The notes: generated from the letters alone by a model not told the origin. Shown: positions 37,984-48,630, counted from the first letter of the stretch. The stretch: 64,000 bases of DNA from Chloroflexota bacterium (GCA_965261345.1 OZ253449.1:2208001-2272000), one strand, 5' to 3'. Made by a program: numbers and translations.

Positions 37984-39315
37984 CTGGCTGAGTTCGATCC
38001 GGTCGCCTTCATCGCCGCCAAACGCGACGGGCGACCGCACCCCCGCTTGGAACTGAACCGATTCGTAACCGGCCTGACCGCCGGGCAGATACCCGATTAC
38101 CAGACCGCGGCATGGCTGATGGCCGTTCGCTGGCGCGGGCTAGATGAAGCCGAAACGCTCTATCTGACCAATGCGATCGCCGATTCAGGGTCCCGAATCA
38201 GCTGGTCCCATTCGGATCGTCCGGTGGTCGACAAGCATTCGACCGGCGGGGTTGGCGACAAGACCTCGCTGGTGGTGGTGCCGCTGGCGGCCGCCTGCGG
38301 GATGGCCGTTCCAAAGCTATCCGGACGCGGGCTCGGGCCGACCGGTGGAACGCTGGACAAACTGGAGGCGATCAGTGGATTTGAGGTGAATCTTGGCGCG
38401 GCGCGGCTGGTGGATCAGGTCGATCGGCTCGGATTGGCGATCGCTGCCCAATCAAAAGATCTGGCGCCGGCCGACGGGCGGCTGTACGCGCTGCGCGACG
38501 TGACTGCCACCATCGATTCGATTCCCCTGATCGCGTCCTCGATCATGGGTAAAAAGCTGGCCGGCGGGGCATCTACCCTGGCGCTCGACGTTAAGTGTGG
38601 CAGTGGTGCCTTTATGCCCGATTTTGAGTCCGCGCGCACCCTGGCCGAGAGCATGGCCGCCATCGGGTCGGCCGCCGGCGTAAACGTCCGCGCCTATATT
38701 TCGGCGATGGACCGCCCTCTGGGGTATGCGGTCGGAAATTCGCTTGAGGTCAGCGAGGCGATCGAATGCCTCTCGGGCGAAGGTCCGCCCGACCTGCGGG
38801 AGCTGGCGATAACCATCGTTGCCGGCCTGCTGCGCGACTGCGGACTAAAGAGCGCACCGCGGGCCGCCCGCCAGGCCACCGACCAGGCGTTGGCATCGGG
38901 CCGCGCGTTGGCCAAATTCGCCCAAATGGTTAACGCGCAAGGCGGCGACTTGGATGCCTTCCAGCGCAAGCCACCGCATGCCGAGGCCGTCCGGGCGGCA
39001 TTTTCTGCCCATTCGGGAGGCCACTTGGCCGGCATCGATGCGGGCGCAATTGCTTCGCTTGTCCACTCACTCGGCGGTGGGCGCAGCCACAAATCTGACC
39101 CGATCGATCACGCGGTGGGAGTCGTACTGCAATGCTCTCTCGGCCAGGCGGTTGCTCCCGGACAACCGCTGGCGACCATATACGCGCGCAGCCGTGCGCA
39201 GCTGACTGCTTCACAGGTGGAAATGCGGGAAGCGTTTACCATCACCGACTCTCCGCCGCTGCCCGGCGCGCTGCTGCTGGGCCAGGTGGCGCAGTCGGCA
39301 GCTCCCAAAAATTAG
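37984..39315 (+). CDS. pdp: Pyrimidine-nucleoside/thymidine phosphorylase (probable CTG start)
   Basis: KRDG at the N-terminus upstream of the first canonical start; DYQ, DKHSTGGVGDK, SGRGLGxTGGTLDKLE and LYALRDVTAT motifs. Confidence 0.93.
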   Translation: MAEFDPVAFIAAKRDGRPHPRLELNRFVTGLTAGQIPDYQTAAWLMAVRWRGLDEAETLYLTNAIADSGSRISWSHSDRPVVDKHSTGGVGDKTSLVVVPLAAACGMAVPKLSGRGLGPTGGTLDKLEAISGFEVNLGAARLVDQVDRLGLAIAAQSKDLAPADGRLYALRDVTATIDSIPLIASSIMGKKLAGGASTLALDVKCGSGAFMPDFESARTLAESMAAIGSAAGVNVRAYISAMDRPLGYAVGNSLEVSEAIECLSGEGPPDLRELAITIVAGLLRDCGLKSAPRAARQATDQALASGRALAKFAQMVNAQGGDLDAFQRKPPHAEAVRAAFSAHSGGHLAGIDAGAIASLVHSLGGGRSHKSDPIDHAVGVVLQCSLGQAVAPGQPLATIYARSRAQLTASQVEMREAFTITDSPPLPGALLLGQVAQSAAPKN

Positions 39316-39362
39316 ACTTTTGGCATATGCCGCCCGACATTTCCCAATCAACCTGGCCTTGA

Positions 39363-42065
39363 CTGAAGCTGCCTGACCCGATACCCGCCGCGGGGATACC
39401 GCCGGCCTTACTGAGCCCCTACGATCCGGGCGCGGTAGAACCCGAAATCTACGCCGCCTGGGAGGCGTCGGGGGCGTTCACCGCGCCGGTTGTGAACGAT
39501 CGCCGGCCGTTTACGATTGCCATGCCGCCGCCGAACCTGACCGGCGCCCTCCACTACGGGCACGTGGCGTTTGTGACGTTCCAGGACTTAATGACCCGTT
39601 GGCAGCGCATGCGCGGCACTCCGACGCTCTGGTTGCCGGGTACCGATCACGCCGCGATCGCCACCAACGCGGTGCTGGTTGCCCAACTTGCCAAAGAGGG
39701 CAAATCGCGCGAGGAGATCGGCCGGCCTGCGTTTGAGGCCATGTTCTGGGAATGGATGGCCACGAGCGGGGCGCGGATTCGCTCGCAGCTGCGCCTGGCG
39801 GGAGCCTCGTGCGACTGGTCGCGCGAACGATTTACGATGGACGCCGGGCTCAGTCGGGCGGTCAACGCTGCTTTCGTCGAGCTCTACGAGCGCGGTCTCA
39901 TCTACCGTGGAAACTACCTGGTCAATTGGGATCCGGTCGACCAGACGGCGATCTCCGATATCGAGGTCGAATACCGGGACGTCGAATCATTCCTCTGGAC
40001 GGTTCGCTACCCACTGGTTGATGGCGGCCACATTGAAGTTGCCACAACGCGGCCCGAGACCATCCTGGGCGATACCGCAATCGCGGTCAATCCCGACGAT
40101 GAGCGCTATGCCCACCTGGTTGGAAGGTTGGCCCGGGTGCCGGTGATCGACCGGCAGATTCCGATTGTTGCCGATTCCTACGTGGACAGGGATTTTGGCT
40201 CCGGTGCGGTCAAGGTCACGCCCGCTCACGATCCCAACGACTATGCGATCGGGCAGCGCCACGACCTGACGATGATCAACATCCTCAATCGCGACGGGAC
40301 GCTCAACGGTAACGCCGGCCCGTTCGTCGGGCAGGATCGTTTGGAAGCGCGCGAAAACCTGGTTGAGTGGCTGCGCGCCAACGACCTGGTCGCCAGCTGC
40401 CGCCCGCACAGCCACGCGGTGGGTCACGGTCAGCGCTCGGGGGCGGTGATCGAACCGATGCTCTCGCGGCAATGGTTCGTTAGCACCAGCTCGATGGCCG
40501 CCAAGGCCGCCGCCGCGGTGCGCTCGGGCGCTATCTCGTTTCACCCCGAACGCTTTGCTCAGGTCTTCCTGCACTGGATGGACAACATCCGCGACTGGTG
40601 CATCTCGCGCCAGATCTGGGTCGGCCATCGGGTCCCGGTCTGGTACTGCTCGCAATGCCCCGACCCGATCGTGCGGACCAGCCCGCCGGAAAACTGTCCG
40701 AGCTGCGGGGGCAGCGTTACCCAGGACGGCGACGTCCTTGATACCTGGTTTAGCTCGGGCCTGTGGACGTTTTCCACCCTGGGTTGGCCAGACCGGACCG
40801 AGGACCTGTCGTACTTCCACCCGACCACGGTGATGGAGACCGGCTACGACATCATATTTTTCTGGGTGGCGCGGATGGCCATGCTGAGCCTCGAGTTGCT
40901 CGACCAGATCCCTTTTGAGCACGTCTATCTCAATGGCCTGCTGCGCCGCGCCGACGGATCCAAGGTTTCTAAGTCCAATCCCCAGCCGGGCGATGATCCG
41001 GCCGATGTAATTGAGCAATTCGGAGCCGACGCGGTGCGATTTTTCATCGCCACCGGGTCGGCTCCCGGCAACGATATGAAGCTCTCGCTGGAGCGGCTAA
41101 CCGGCGCTCGCAACTTTGCCAACAAGCTCTGGAACGCGACCCGCTTCGTCCTTGCCGCGCAGCGGTCTGCGGCCGGTCAGCTGGCCCCACCGTCGGCCTT
41201 TGACCAATGGATCCTGCACCGTGCCGCGGCAACCGTGGAGCGGGTTTCCACCCTGCTATCGCGTTTTCAGTTCGGTGAGGCCGGACAGCTAGTCCACGAC
41301 CTGCTATGGGACGACTTTTGTGACTGGTATATCGAGGCCGCCAAGCTGCGACTGGCCGGGTCCGACGGACCGGCTGCGGCCCGGGCCGCCCACACTCTCA
41401 AAACCGTCCTGATCACCGGGTTAAAACTTCTCCACCCCTACATGCCGTTCGTGACCGAAGCGCTCTGGGGGCACCTTCACCCCGACGGCGGTGCGGGTGC
41501 GCTGATAACCGCGCGCTGGCCCGAATCCGAGCCCGAGGATCTGCAACGATCCGCGGTGGCCAAGAACGTGGACGCCCTGCAGGCGGCGATTAAGGCAATC
41601 CGGCGAAAGCGTGCGGATTTCCGGATCGATCCTGGGACGCAGATTAGCGCTGAGATCGTGCCTGGCGCCGCCGAAGTCCAGGCGCGGGCCGAGGCGCCGG
41701 TGATCGAGCGCCTGGCGGGAATCTCCGATCTACGGATCAGTGCCGCCCAACCGGCCGCGACCGAACCGTCGGCCGGATCGATAATGCGCCGGCACGATCG
41801 CCGCTGCGCCTTCATCGTCGCGGCCGGAATCGCCGTCTATTTGCCGTTGGAAGAGTTGCTCGACTTTGCGGCCGAACGCGAACGGGCCCGTTCGCAGGCA
41901 GATGTCTTAGAGGCCAGCGTCAAGCGTCTGGCCGGGTTGCTGGCCAACCCCGGGTTTGTGGGCAAGGCGCCAGCCGATGTGGTCGAGCAACGCCGCCGGC
42001 AGCTCTCCGAAGCGCGCGCCGACCTGGCCCAACTCAACCAATTCATCGCCGAATTAGAAGCCTGA
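39363..42065 (+). CDS. valS: Valine--tRNA ligase (start non-canonical, between 39363 and 39411)
   Basis: YDPxxVE..IY..W upstream of GTG 39492; PPPNLTG.LHYGH, GTDHA.IAT, ATTRPET, DWCISRQ, DVLDTWFSS, KVSKS and a C-terminal coiled coil. Confidence 0.96.
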   Translation: MKLPDPIPAAGIPPALLSPYDPGAVEPEIYAAWEASGAFTAPVVNDRRPFTIAMPPPNLTGALHYGHVAFVTFQDLMTRWQRMRGTPTLWLPGTDHAAIATNAVLVAQLAKEGKSREEIGRPAFEAMFWEWMATSGARIRSQLRLAGASCDWSRERFTMDAGLSRAVNAAFVELYERGLIYRGNYLVNWDPVDQTAISDIEVEYRDVESFLWTVRYPLVDGGHIEVATTRPETILGDTAIAVNPDDERYAHLVGRLARVPVIDRQIPIVADSYVDRDFGSGAVKVTPAHDPNDYAIGQRHDLTMINILNRDGTLNGNAGPFVGQDRLEARENLVEWLRANDLVASCRPHSHAVGHGQRSGAVIEPMLSRQWFVSTSSMAAKAAAAVRSGAISFHPERFAQVFLHWMDNIRDWCISRQIWVGHRVPVWYCSQCPDPIVRTSPPENCPSCGGSVTQDGDVLDTWFSSGLWTFSTLGWPDRTEDLSYFHPTTVMETGYDIIFFWVARMAMLSLELLDQIPFEHVYLNGLLRRADGSKVSKSNPQPGDDPADVIEQFGADAVRFFIATGSAPGNDMKLSLERLTGARNFANKLWNATRFVLAAQRSAAGQLAPPSAFDQWILHRAAATVERVSTLLSRFQFGEAGQLVHDLLWDDFCDWYIEAAKLRLAGSDGPAAARAAHTLKTVLITGLKLLHPYMPFVTEALWGHLHPDGGAGALITARWPESEPEDLQRSAVAKNVDALQAAIKAIRRKRADFRIDPGTQISAEIVPGAAEVQARAEAPVIERLAGISDLRISAAQPAATEPSAGSIMRRHDRRCAFIVAAGIAVYLPLEELLDFAAERERARSQADVLEASVKRLAGLLANPGFVGKAPADVVEQRRRQLSEARADLAQLNQFIAELEA

Positions 42066-42067
42066 GC

Positions 42068-43675
42068 ATGTCGATGGCCGAACCGGCGGCGATCCCCGCA
42101 TTCCAGATCTCTCTCTTCGAACGCCTGTTCGCCTCGATCGCCCAGGAGATGGGAATTACCCTGCAACGCTCCTCGTTCTCGCCCAACATCAAGGAGCGGC
42201 GCGATTTTTCATGCGCGGTATTTGATCGCCAGGGCCGGATCATTTCGCAGGCTGAACACATTCCGGTCCACCTGGGAGCGATGCCGATGTCGGTCGCCGC
42301 GGCAATGGAGCTCTTTGAGCGCGATCGCGCCGTCCCCGGCGACTTGGTGATCCTCAACGACCCCTATCGCGGCGGCACCCATCTGCCCGACATTACGACC
42401 GTCTCGCCGATCTACGTCCCGACCGAGACCGGCCCGGAGATGTTCGGCTATGCGGCCACCCGCGCCCACCACGCCGATGTCGGGGGAATGAGCCCGGGGT
42501 CGATGGCGATCGCGCGGGAGATCTACCAGGAAGGGCTAATCATCCCGCCGGTCAAGCTGGTGCGTTCAGGAATCGTCGACCCGGGGATGATGGACCTAAT
42601 CACGCGCAACGTACGCACCCCCGACGAGCGTCGCGGCGACCTGACCGCGCAGTTGGCGGCGCACCGGGTGGCCGATCGCCGCACCGCCGATATCGCCGAC
42701 CGCTATGGGCTCGCGCGGCTGCTGGCAATCTCGGGCGAGCTGATCGCTTACTCTAATCGCTTAGCACGCGCCCGCATCGCGAAGCTGCCACACGGCAGCT
42801 TCGCATTTACCGATTGCCTCGATGACGACGGGGTCAGCGAGCAGCCGATCCCGATATCAGTCCGGGTAACCATCGGTCCGGACGGGCTCGAATTTGATTT
42901 TGCCGGCACCAGCGGTCCGGTTGTTGGGTCGCTGAACGCTCCGGCCTCGGTGGCCCGCTCGGCGGTTTACTACGTGTTGCGTTGCATTGTCGGGATGGAT
43001 GTGCCGGCCAATGACGGGCTCTACAGCGCGGTTTCAATAAACGTGCCCGAGGCCAGTCTGCTGGACCCGCAGATCCCGCGTCCGGTGGCCGGCGGCAACG
43101 TCGAAACCTCGCAGCGGGTAGTCGACGTCCTCTGGGGAGCGCTGGCGCAGGCCCTGCCCGATCTGGTTCCGGCGGCCGGCCAGGGAACCATGAACAACGT
43201 GACCCTGGGCGGGTACGACCACCAGCGCGGTCGGCCATTTGCCTATTACGAAACGATGGGCGGTGGTGGTGGTGGCGGTCCGCGGCGAGCCGGCGCATCG
43301 GGAATTCACGTGGCCATGAGCAATACCTGGAACAGCCCGGTCGAAGCGCTCGAACACGCCCTGCCGGTCCAGGTCGAGTGCTACGCGCTGCGTCCCGGCT
43401 CGGGTGGAAAGGGTGCCCACCCGGGTGGGATGGGCCTCCGACGCGACATAAAGGTGCTCACCGAGACCGTTGTCACCCTGCTCGGCGAGCGCCGCCGCAA
43501 CCGCCCCTGGGGACTGGCCGGCGGCGGCCCGGGCGAACTTGGTTCGGATTACCTGCGCCGTGACGGGAAATGGGAGCCGGTCCCGGCCAAGGCCAGCATC
43601 ACCCTGCAGGCGGGCGAGGTGATCTCGCTGCGCTCACCGGGCGGGGGCGGATGGGGCAGTCCGGCGGGGTCATAG
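42068..43675 (+). CDS. Hydantoinase B/5-oxoprolinase family subunit
   Basis: [20 protein letters not shown], NDPYxGGTHLPD, HHADVGG and GGNVETSQR motifs. Confidence 0.93.
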   Translation: MSMAEPAAIPAFQISLFERLFASIAQEMGITLQRSSFSPNIKERRDFSCAVFDRQGRIISQAEHIPVHLGAMPMSVAAAMELFERDRAVPGDLVILNDPYRGGTHLPDITTVSPIYVPTETGPEMFGYAATRAHHADVGGMSPGSMAIAREIYQEGLIIPPVKLVRSGIVDPGMMDLITRNVRTPDERRGDLTAQLAAHRVADRRTADIADRYGLARLLAISGELIAYSNRLARARIAKLPHGSFAFTDCLDDDGVSEQPIPISVRVTIGPDGLEFDFAGTSGPVVGSLNAPASVARSAVYYVLRCIVGMDVPANDGLYSAVSINVPEASLLDPQIPRPVAGGNVETSQRVVDVLWGALAQALPDLVPAAGQGTMNNVTLGGYDHQRGRPFAYYETMGGGGGGGPRRAGASGIHVAMSNTWNSPVEALEHALPVQVECYALRPGSGGKGAHPGGMGLRRDIKVLTETVVTLLGERRRNRPWGLAGGGPGELGSDYLRRDGKWEPVPAKASITLQAGEVISLRSPGGGGWGSPAGS

Positions 43676-43720
43676 GATCGATGTCCGGGTCTGCCCGCGC
43701 AGCGGTTATTTAGTTATCGG

Positions 43721-44464
43721 GTGCGGGCATTGACCACTCCATCTGCTAGCGACCATTCCGATTGCCTGATCGCCCGGCTGCGGGCCGCCGCCAGCGCCAG
43801 CGGTGACTTGGTGGTCATCGGGAGCGCTGCTACCGGACCCGAAATTGCCCAGGAACTGACCCGGCCGCTGGCGGCCCGCCTGGCCGGCGACGTGCGATCC
43901 GCCCGCCTGGAGATCGAGTTTGCGGGTCCGGCCGTCGGCTTGCCGATCGCGCGGTTCGGGGCCGACGAGATACGTCAGTTGATTAGGTTTGATGCGGTGC
44001 CCCGATTTGGTCCAAGCTCGCCCGATACCCGCTGCCGGCCGGTGGGCGAATTGACAGTCGATCGTTTCGCCGATTTTTTCGAGGCCGTATTTGAACCCGC
44101 TCAACTCGGGCTCGGCAGTTGCGCCGAGATCGCCGAGTTGGCCCGGAAGCTGCATGCAGGTCGCCCGATCGAGGGCCGGACCGATTACCGCGGGGCTGTA
44201 ATCGAAGTCGGCGGCCGCGCGGCCGGACTGCTGTTTCTGGCCGGATTCGGCGCAACCCGGCGGATCGGTTTTATGGGAGTTGAGCCAGGGCTGCGCAAGA
44301 ACCCGGGGATGCGCGCGGTGCTGGCGGCCGGGACCAACTGGATTAGCGACCAGGGAGTGGTGGCGCTTCTGGCCGAAGTGGCCTTGGGCAACCCGGTTTC
44401 GCTCCGGTTTGTAAAGCGGCTCGGCGGCCGCGCGGCCGGATCGCGGATCATTTACCGCTTCTAG
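43721..44464 (+). CDS. Hypothetical protein with C-terminal GNAT-like region
   Basis: IGFMGVxPxxR and EVxxxNxxSxxFxxRLG resemble GNAT motifs A and B; the start is uncertain. Confidence 0.55.
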   Translation: MRALTTPSASDHSDCLIARLRAAASASGDLVVIGSAATGPEIAQELTRPLAARLAGDVRSARLEIEFAGPAVGLPIARFGADEIRQLIRFDAVPRFGPSSPDTRCRPVGELTVDRFADFFEAVFEPAQLGLGSCAEIAELARKLHAGRPIEGRTDYRGAVIEVGGRAAGLLFLAGFGATRRIGFMGVEPGLRKNPGMRAVLAAGTNWISDQGVVALLAEVALGNPVSLRFVKRLGGRAAGSRIIYRF

Positions 44465-44466
44465 CC

Positions 44467-45036
44467 TCAGCCGTCCCCGAGCCGAGCGCTTGCCAGCACG
44501 CGGTAGATCGGCCCCGACGAAAGCAGCCGACTCGACATCAGGTCGATCCGCCGGGCAATCATGCCAAGCTCGAGGTCAGCCAAAGCCGCCGCCGCGACCA
44601 GACCGAGTTCTTTGCGCTCGGCCCGCCCCAGCGAACGCCGGACCCGGGCGATTGTCAGATGCGGCCGGAAGCTAGATTGCGCCAGCGGCAGTCCGACGTC
44701 CGCCAGCCGGGACAGCAGGCGCGCGCGGAGCTGGCAAAGCTGCTTGATGTGTCCGGAAACCGCCAGCGTGATCACCCGGCCCGAAAAGACTGGATTGGCG
44801 ATCGCTGGGCGGAAACGCAGCTCCAGTGGAGCCGACCCGGCCGCCGATGCGTTGAGGGCAGCGCCAATAAATTCCTGCTGGGCCGGTTCGATATCGCCCA
44901 GGAACGCCAATGTCAGGTGGAGATTGCCGGGGGGAACCAGCCGCAGCTGGTGGTGATGAGGTTGCAGCGACGCAGTCGCCGTGCCAATCGCCCGGGCACT
45001 GCATGCGGGCAGCCCGATTGCCACGAACGCCCTCAT
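44467..45036 (-). CDS. thpR: RNA 2',3'-cyclic phosphodiesterase (2H phosphoesterase)
   Basis: MRAFVAI, HLTLxFLG, F.PHLTIAR and S.L...GPxY motifs. Confidence 0.93.
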   Translation of the reverse strand: MRAFVAIGLPACSARAIGTATASLQPHHHQLRLVPPGNLHLTLAFLGDIEPAQQEFIGAALNASAAGSAPLELRFRPAIANPVFSGRVITLAVSGHIKQLCQLRARLLSRLADVGLPLAQSSFRPHLTIARVRRSLGRAERKELGLVAAAALADLELGMIARRIDLMSSRLLSSGPIYRVLASARLGDG

Positions 45037-46247
45037 CGGCCGGCCGCTGCGCTCGGCAGTAGCGCCGCTCCCAGGCCGTCGGCCACGTACATACCGTAGT
45101 CGGTCGGGGCGATTTGGGCGCCGCTAACGTTCAACAGCCCGGCATTGGCCAACTCGGCGATGCGTTCACCGTGCTCGGCAAACAGGTCGTAGTCAAATTG
45201 GCGGGCGAGCTGATCGGCGTCCAGCCCGACGGCGGTGCGCAGCGGCAGGGTGAGTGCCTCCAGCAGCAGGTCGGCGGGGGCGAGGGTTTCCGACCCGGCC
45301 ACGATCGAATGACCAGATTCGAGCAGCGTTCGGTAACGGCGCGGATCTTTGACTAAGTGGTAACGACGCTTACCGATGAATCCGTGGCCGCCGCAACCCA
45401 GTGGCAGGTAGCGGTGACCGGCCCAGACGTTGGAGTTGTGGCGGCAGGCGAAACCTGGGCGGGCCCAGTTCGAGGTCTCGTAGTGGGTAAAACCGGCCTG
45501 CCCCAGCACCGCCAGCGCCAGCTGGTAGAACTCCGACATCTCGTCCCCCTTGACCAGGGTCCCCAGCCTTTGGGCTCGCCGTCGGGCACGCGGTGAATCC
45601 AGGGTCAGGGCGTAACAGGAGATGTGGTTGACCGGAAGGTCGGCGGCCCGTTCAAGATCGCCCCGCCAGGCCGCCAGGTTCTGCCCCGGAGTGCCGTATA
45701 TCAGATCGAGCGAGACCGATTCAAATCCGCCGTTACCGGCCAGTTCGCAGGCCAATTGGGCCTGCTTTGCGCTGTGGCCGCGGTCGAGCTGACCCAATCT
45801 CCGGTCGGCGAAGGACTGGACCCCCAAGCTGATACGATTGGCGCCGGCGGCAGCCAGGCCCGCAAGCAGCCCTGCGGTAATGTCCTGGGGATTGGTCTCG
45901 ACCGAAATCTCGGCTGTTGGCTGGCACGCAAAGCTGGCCGCTACGGCCGCCAGCAGATCGGCCAGCCCGGTCGCACCGGCCAGGCTCGGGGTGCCGCCGC
46001 CAACGTAGATGGTCGAGATCTGAGGGGCCGGGTCGGCATATTCGCCCACCTGGACAATTTCGCTCGCCAGCGCCGCCAGGTAGGCTTCGCGATCGACGGG
46101 AGAACCAACGGCCACGTTGAAATCGCAATACCAGCAGTGGTGGTGGCAGTAAGGAAAGTGGAGGTAGAGTCCGATCGGACCGGCGCTGGCGGGTTCGGCC
46201 CGATTGGCAAAAACATGCGGGTTGCCCGGTGGCGCAGCTTGGTTCAA
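45033..46247 (-). CDS. hemW: Radical SAM heme chaperone HemW
   Basis: LYLHFPYCxxxCxYCDFN, GGGTPS, RISLGVQSF, DLIYG and YETSNWA..HN motifs. Confidence 0.92.
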   Translation of the reverse strand: MNQAAPPGNPHVFANRAEPASAGPIGLYLHFPYCHHHCWYCDFNVAVGSPVDREAYLAALASEIVQVGEYADPAPQISTIYVGGGTPSLAGATGLADLLAAVAASFACQPTAEISVETNPQDITAGLLAGLAAAGANRISLGVQSFADRRLGQLDRGHSAKQAQLACELAGNGGFESVSLDLIYGTPGQNLAAWRGDLERAADLPVNHISCYALTLDSPRARRRAQRLGTLVKGDEMSEFYQLALAVLGQAGFTHYETSNWARPGFACRHNSNVWAGHRYLPLGCGGHGFIGKRRYHLVKDPRRYRTLLESGHSIVAGSETLAPADLLLEALTLPLRTAVGLDADQLARQFDYDLFAEHGERIAELANAGLLNVSGAQIAPTDYGMYVADGLGAALLPSAAAGR

Positions 46248-46339
46248 GCACCGCCCCGATCAACGTTTAAAACCCGTGGATTTGATAATTGCCGGTCGGC
46301 CCCAGCGGCCCGCAATTTCTCAGACCGCGCCAGCTTGCC

Positions 46340-47173
46340 CTGATCATCGATTCCCATACCCACATTTTTCCACCGCGGCAGATTGCCGGACGGGCGGCGA
46401 TCGCGCGGCGCGAGCCCTGGTTCGGAGTGCTCTATGGGTCCGGCGGCCGGATGGCGACCGCCGAGCGGCTTCTGGAAGAGATGGATCGTTCCGGGATCGA
46501 GCGTTCACTGGCCTTTGGTTTTGGTTGGCGCGACCCCCATCTCTGCCGCGAGCAAAACGAATACTTGGTCGAATCGGCCGAGCGCTCGGCCGGCCGAATA
46601 AGGGTGGCAATCACCGTTCCGATGGGTGAAGCAGCGGCGGCCGAAGCCGAACTGGACCACTTTGCGAATGCCCCGATCGCCGGGGTTGGCGAGCTCTACG
46701 CCGGCGCCCAGGGGTTCGACCTCGGGACGCTGGCGCAGGATTCTTGCCTACCCCAGATCTGCCGCCAGAACGACCTGATCCTGTGTGTACACGTTTCCGA
46801 GCCGGCCGGCCACAACTACCCGGGCAAGGACTTGACCGGGCCGCGCAGCATCGGAAAATTTATCGCCGGCATGCCGCCCGGCCTGCGCCTGCAACTACCG
46901 CACTGGGGGGCCGGCTTTGGAATCTACGAGTCCATGCCCGAGGTGGCGGCGGCGACCGCCTCAGTGCGCTATGACTGTGCCGCTTCGCACCTTCTCTACG
47001 ACCGCCGCATCTATCACCTGATGTCCCAGATCGCCCCGCAGCGGATCATGTTCGGATCGGATTTCCCCTTAACCGGCCAAGCGCGGATGCTGGCCCGCGT
47101 AAAAAAGATCGGGCTGCCCGCGGACTTATTAACGGCGTTCCTAGGTGGCAACGCCGCCGCCTGGGGGATCTAG
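46340..47173 (+). CDS. Amidohydrolase_2 family metal-dependent hydrolase (probable CTG start)
   Basis: IIDSHTH, GVGE, HVSEP.GH.YPGK, HWG and FGSDFP motifs; alternative TTG at 46289. Confidence 0.88.
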   Translation: MIIDSHTHIFPPRQIAGRAAIARREPWFGVLYGSGGRMATAERLLEEMDRSGIERSLAFGFGWRDPHLCREQNEYLVESAERSAGRIRVAITVPMGEAAAAEAELDHFANAPIAGVGELYAGAQGFDLGTLAQDSCLPQICRQNDLILCVHVSEPAGHNYPGKDLTGPRSIGKFIAGMPPGLRLQLPHWGAGFGIYESMPEVAAATASVRYDCAASHLLYDRRIYHLMSQIAPQRIMFGSDFPLTGQARMLARVKKIGLPADLLTAFLGGNAAAWGI

Positions 47174-47180
47174 AGGACGA

Positions 47181-47780
47181 TTGCAATTGCCTGACCGAAC
47201 GATGTTGTTGGGAACTTCGAATTCCGGCAAGGTGGACGAGCTGCGAGCGCTGCTGCAAGGCTGCGGCTGGAGGGCAGTATCTCCGGCGGATTTGGTAATC
47301 GAGTTGTCGGTTGTCGAATCCGGCGCCACCTACTCTGAAAACTCGGCCCTGAAGGCGATTGCCTACTCGCGGGCCTGTGATCTGCCGGTGCTTTCTGATG
47401 ATTCAGGCCTCGAAGTTGACGCCCTTAACGGGGCCCCGGGAATCGCCTCGGCCCGCATGGCCGGCGGGAGCGACCGGGGCCGCACCGATCATCTGCTGGC
47501 CCTACTTAAGGGGGTGCCTTCGCAGCGGCGCGGCGCCCGGTTCGTCTGCATGGCAACGATCGCCCGTCAGGGCGTTGTGCTGGCCGTCGGCTGCGGGCAG
47601 CTCCGCGGCCGGATCGCTCCTGCCGCCGCCGGCGGTGGAGGTTTCGGCTACGATCCAGTGTTCCTGCCCGACGGTTGCGCTATCACTCTGAGCGAGCTCG
47701 GGAAAGATTACAAGAACGAGATCTCACATCGTCGCCAGGCGGTCGTCGAAGTGCTGAAAATCCTTGCCGACAAGACCTAG
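47181..47780 (+). CDS. rdgB: Non-canonical purine NTP pyrophosphatase (HAM1)
   Basis: TSNSGKxxE, ENSxxKA, DDSGLEVDAL, GFGYDPVF and SHR motifs. Confidence 0.95.
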   Translation: MQLPDRTMLLGTSNSGKVDELRALLQGCGWRAVSPADLVIELSVVESGATYSENSALKAIAYSRACDLPVLSDDSGLEVDALNGAPGIASARMAGGSDRGRTDHLLALLKGVPSQRRGARFVCMATIARQGVVLAVGCGQLRGRIAPAAAGGGGFGYDPVFLPDGCAITLSELGKDYKNEISHRRQAVVEVLKILADKT

Positions 47781-48630
47781 GCGTCCGGATTCGGGTCGCC
47801 GCCGGGCCGGGGCTCCGCGCGGATTTCGACCGCGCCGCGCGCGCGGCCAGAATCTGCTAATCGACCAGGAGATAGTGGAACGCATCGTGACCGTCGCGGG
47901 GATCGATGCTACCAGCAACGTGCTTGAAATCGGCGCCGGGTCGGGTGTGCTCACGCGCGCCCTGGCCGCCCGCGCCGGGCAGGTCTTGGCAATCGAGGTG
48001 GAGGCCGAGTTGACGATCCAACTGCGCCAGGAACTGAAAGGCTACGACAACCTGAAAGTAATCCGCGGCGACGCCCGTACGATCGACCTGGCCACCTTCT
48101 TTCCCGGCTGCAAGTACAAACTGGTCGCCAATCTCCCTTACTCAGTGGGCACACCAATGCTGGTGGACGCAATCCGCGCCGACCACCGGCCCGACCAGAT
48201 AACGGTCATGCTGCAGCGCGAGGTGGCTGAGCGGATCTGCGCCCTCCCCGGGGACTGGTCGACTCTGACGGTTATGACCCGACCCTTCGGTGATCCCCAT
48301 ATCGCCTTCGGCGTCCCGCCGTCGGCCTTCTGGCCCAAGCCCAAGGTCGCCTCGGCGGTAGTGAGCATTACCACCAACGACCGCGATCGCTCCGATCCGG
48401 CGACCGCGATCGCAATATTCCTGGCCCGCCACGCCTTTGCCCAGCGCCGCAAGAAGCTGGCAAATTCACTGGCCGCCGGGCTGCACCTGGAGCGGCCGCC
48501 GATCCTGGAGCTGCTCACTGCCGCCGGCCTTGATCCAAACGATCGTCCGGCCAACCTGGACATGGACCAGTGGTTTCGTTTGGCGGAAACGTTCCGAGCC
48601 CAAGAAAGCCTGCCGCATGGGCTGGCTTGA
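47764..48630 (+). CDS. rsmA: 16S rRNA (adenine1518/1519) dimethyltransferase
   Basis: GQNxL, LEIGAGxG, VANLPY, QREVAERI, F.PxPKV.S and QRRK motifs. Confidence 0.95.
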   Translation: MPTRPRRPDSGRRRAGAPRGFRPRRARGQNLLIDQEIVERIVTVAGIDATSNVLEIGAGSGVLTRALAARAGQVLAIEVEAELTIQLRQELKGYDNLKVIRGDARTIDLATFFPGCKYKLVANLPYSVGTPMLVDAIRADHRPDQITVMLQREVAERICALPGDWSTLTVMTRPFGDPHIAFGVPPSAFWPKPKVASAVVSITTNDRDRSDPATAIAIFLARHAFAQRRKKLANSLAAGLHLERPPILELLTAAGLDPNDRPANLDMDQWFRLAETFRAQESLPHGLA

